Origin: Lepidodermella squamata
Taxonomy: Eukaryota > Animalia > Gastrotricha
Assembly: GCA_047495785.1 (NCBI GenBank)
Contig: JBLDXI010000032.1
Span: 4,278,001-4,342,000, forward strand
Length of the DNA: 64,000 nucleotides
Reading direction: 5' to 3'
Each line of letters begins with the position of its first letter. Within the stretch, counting starts at the first letter, position 1. Shown piece after piece: positions 62,901-64,000 of this stretch. The notes below the pieces were generated by a model. It ran no database searches, was not told the DNA's origin, and was given only the letters and a program-made list of their open reading frames with translations. A program made the position numbers and the translations under genes.

Positions 62901-63968
62901 CGCTCGTGTTTTCAAACTACTGAAAACCGCGTCCGGAATTCGCCGGCTTCTCGACACGGTTGGCCGCGCCCTGCCTCAAGTCGGCAACTTGACCTTGTTC
63001 TTCCTTCTTCTATTCTTCATCTACGCCTCGTTAGGCGTTGAAGTAACTAATTTATCTAATTATTTTCCGTTGATACTGGAATAATGTATTTTCAGCTGTT
63101 TGGCAAATTTGATGGCGAGTATGGCAAGTGTGAAGGCCTGTCGCGCCACGCCAACTTCCACAACTTCGGCATTGCCCTGTTGACGCTGTTCCGCATTTTC
63201 ACCGGTGACGACTGGAACGGCATCCTCAAGGACATGCTGCGGTTGTCGAACAATAAGGAAGAGTGCGCGCTGCTGATGAAATCGGCCGCCAATGCGACGC
63301 CCGATCGCGATTTCAACATCGAGTGCACCATCGCCGGCGTCCTCGCGCCCTTCTACTTTGTCTCGTTCGTGCTATTCGCCCAGTTCGTGCTGATCAACGT
63401 CGTCGTAGCTGTCCTCATGAATGAGCTTGAGGTAATAATGGTGTTCACTAGCTTTGAGAAGATTGATCTTGACTTGTTCTCTCTTGGCGCGTTCAATAGA
63501 GAATGGTAAAATGATTGCACCATTGATTTATTGACTCAACCATTTTTGAGCACTCTGACATTAACTGACGCTCTTCCCTTTACATCGCTGTATATTTAGA
63601 ACATACTTCAAAACGCCTGAATTGAACCCCGCCTTGAGGATTTATCCGCGAGAGTGGCAAACTTTTGCACGTTCGCATTTGATTTTTCCAATTTTTTCAG
63701 TGAAACATCATCCATGCTTTCAATATATATGTTTATCCGAGGCACATATCGTTATTCGTTATTTCCCAACAGCAATTACTAATCCATTATTTTTCATCAA
63801 TATTTATGCTTATATTGGCTAACAATTTGATGTGATTTCATTCCACAGGAGTCACATCGCCGCGATGCAATGGAAAAGCTGGAGAGACCTGAAAATGCCG
63901 ACGAGGAAAATATCGAGCAAAAAGCGGCCGTTATGGAGGAAATCGTTAAAACAGCTTGCCAAGACCTG
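56986..63968 (+). CDS. Voltage-gated T-type (Cav3-family) calcium channel alpha1 subunit, 3'-partial (continues past window)
   Basis: Four repeats with S4 segments ([60 protein letters not shown]); Cav3-typical [53 protein letters not shown]. Approximate exons 56986-57597, 57652-57991, 58051-58583, 58636-58683, 58849-58934, 59038-59562, 59617-59768, 59820-60486, 60540-60643, 60875-62089, 62144-62297, 62351-63042, 63096-63431, 63849-63968. Confidence 0.93.
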
Positions 63969-64000
63969 GTAAATTAATTAAGATTATTTGCAATATTTTC

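Noticed and set aside
56986-63968. Nav or NALCN assignment for the four-domain channel
   Set aside because: No Lys or Ala at the filter positions (not DEKA/DEEA/EEKE) and multiple Cav3-specific sequence signatures
1-64000. tRNA/rRNA/snRNA genes and a specific taxonomic assignment
   Set aside because: No structural RNA recognised by eye; intron size and gene content indicate a compact invertebrate genome but cannot fix the species without a database search

Overview
Compact invertebrate (metazoan) genomic DNA with very short spliceosomal introns (mostly 46-65 nt), so the ORF track fragments nearly every gene; gene models were rebuilt by hand from splice sites and reading frame. From 5' to 3': a 13-exon Cys-loop (pLGIC) subunit; a secreted protein with four C-type-lectin-like domains; two tandem RINGv (MARCH-like) E3 ligases; a claudin/PMP22-superfamily tetraspan with Sushi plus another domain inside its first extracellular loop; a HYKK/APH-family kinase; a small canonical three-finger (Ly6/uPAR, LU) gene; an orphan gene; a ~26 kb same-strand array of 15 GPI-anchor-type genes carrying 27 copies of an atypical LU domain (interrupted by a dead LINE, a local duplication, a TA-flanked MITE and a small TM gene); a GABA-B-like class C GPCR; five highly divergent pLGIC subunits (C-X14-C loop, no ACh-site residues, two pore-filter types); and a Cav3 (T-type) channel running off the window with a non-canonical E-D-D-D filter. 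The best candidate for a new system is the juxtaposed expansion of atypical three-finger proteins and atypical Cys-loop receptors, possibly a sensory receptor/modulator locus; that functional link is inference. The species cannot be determined from the sequence alone.
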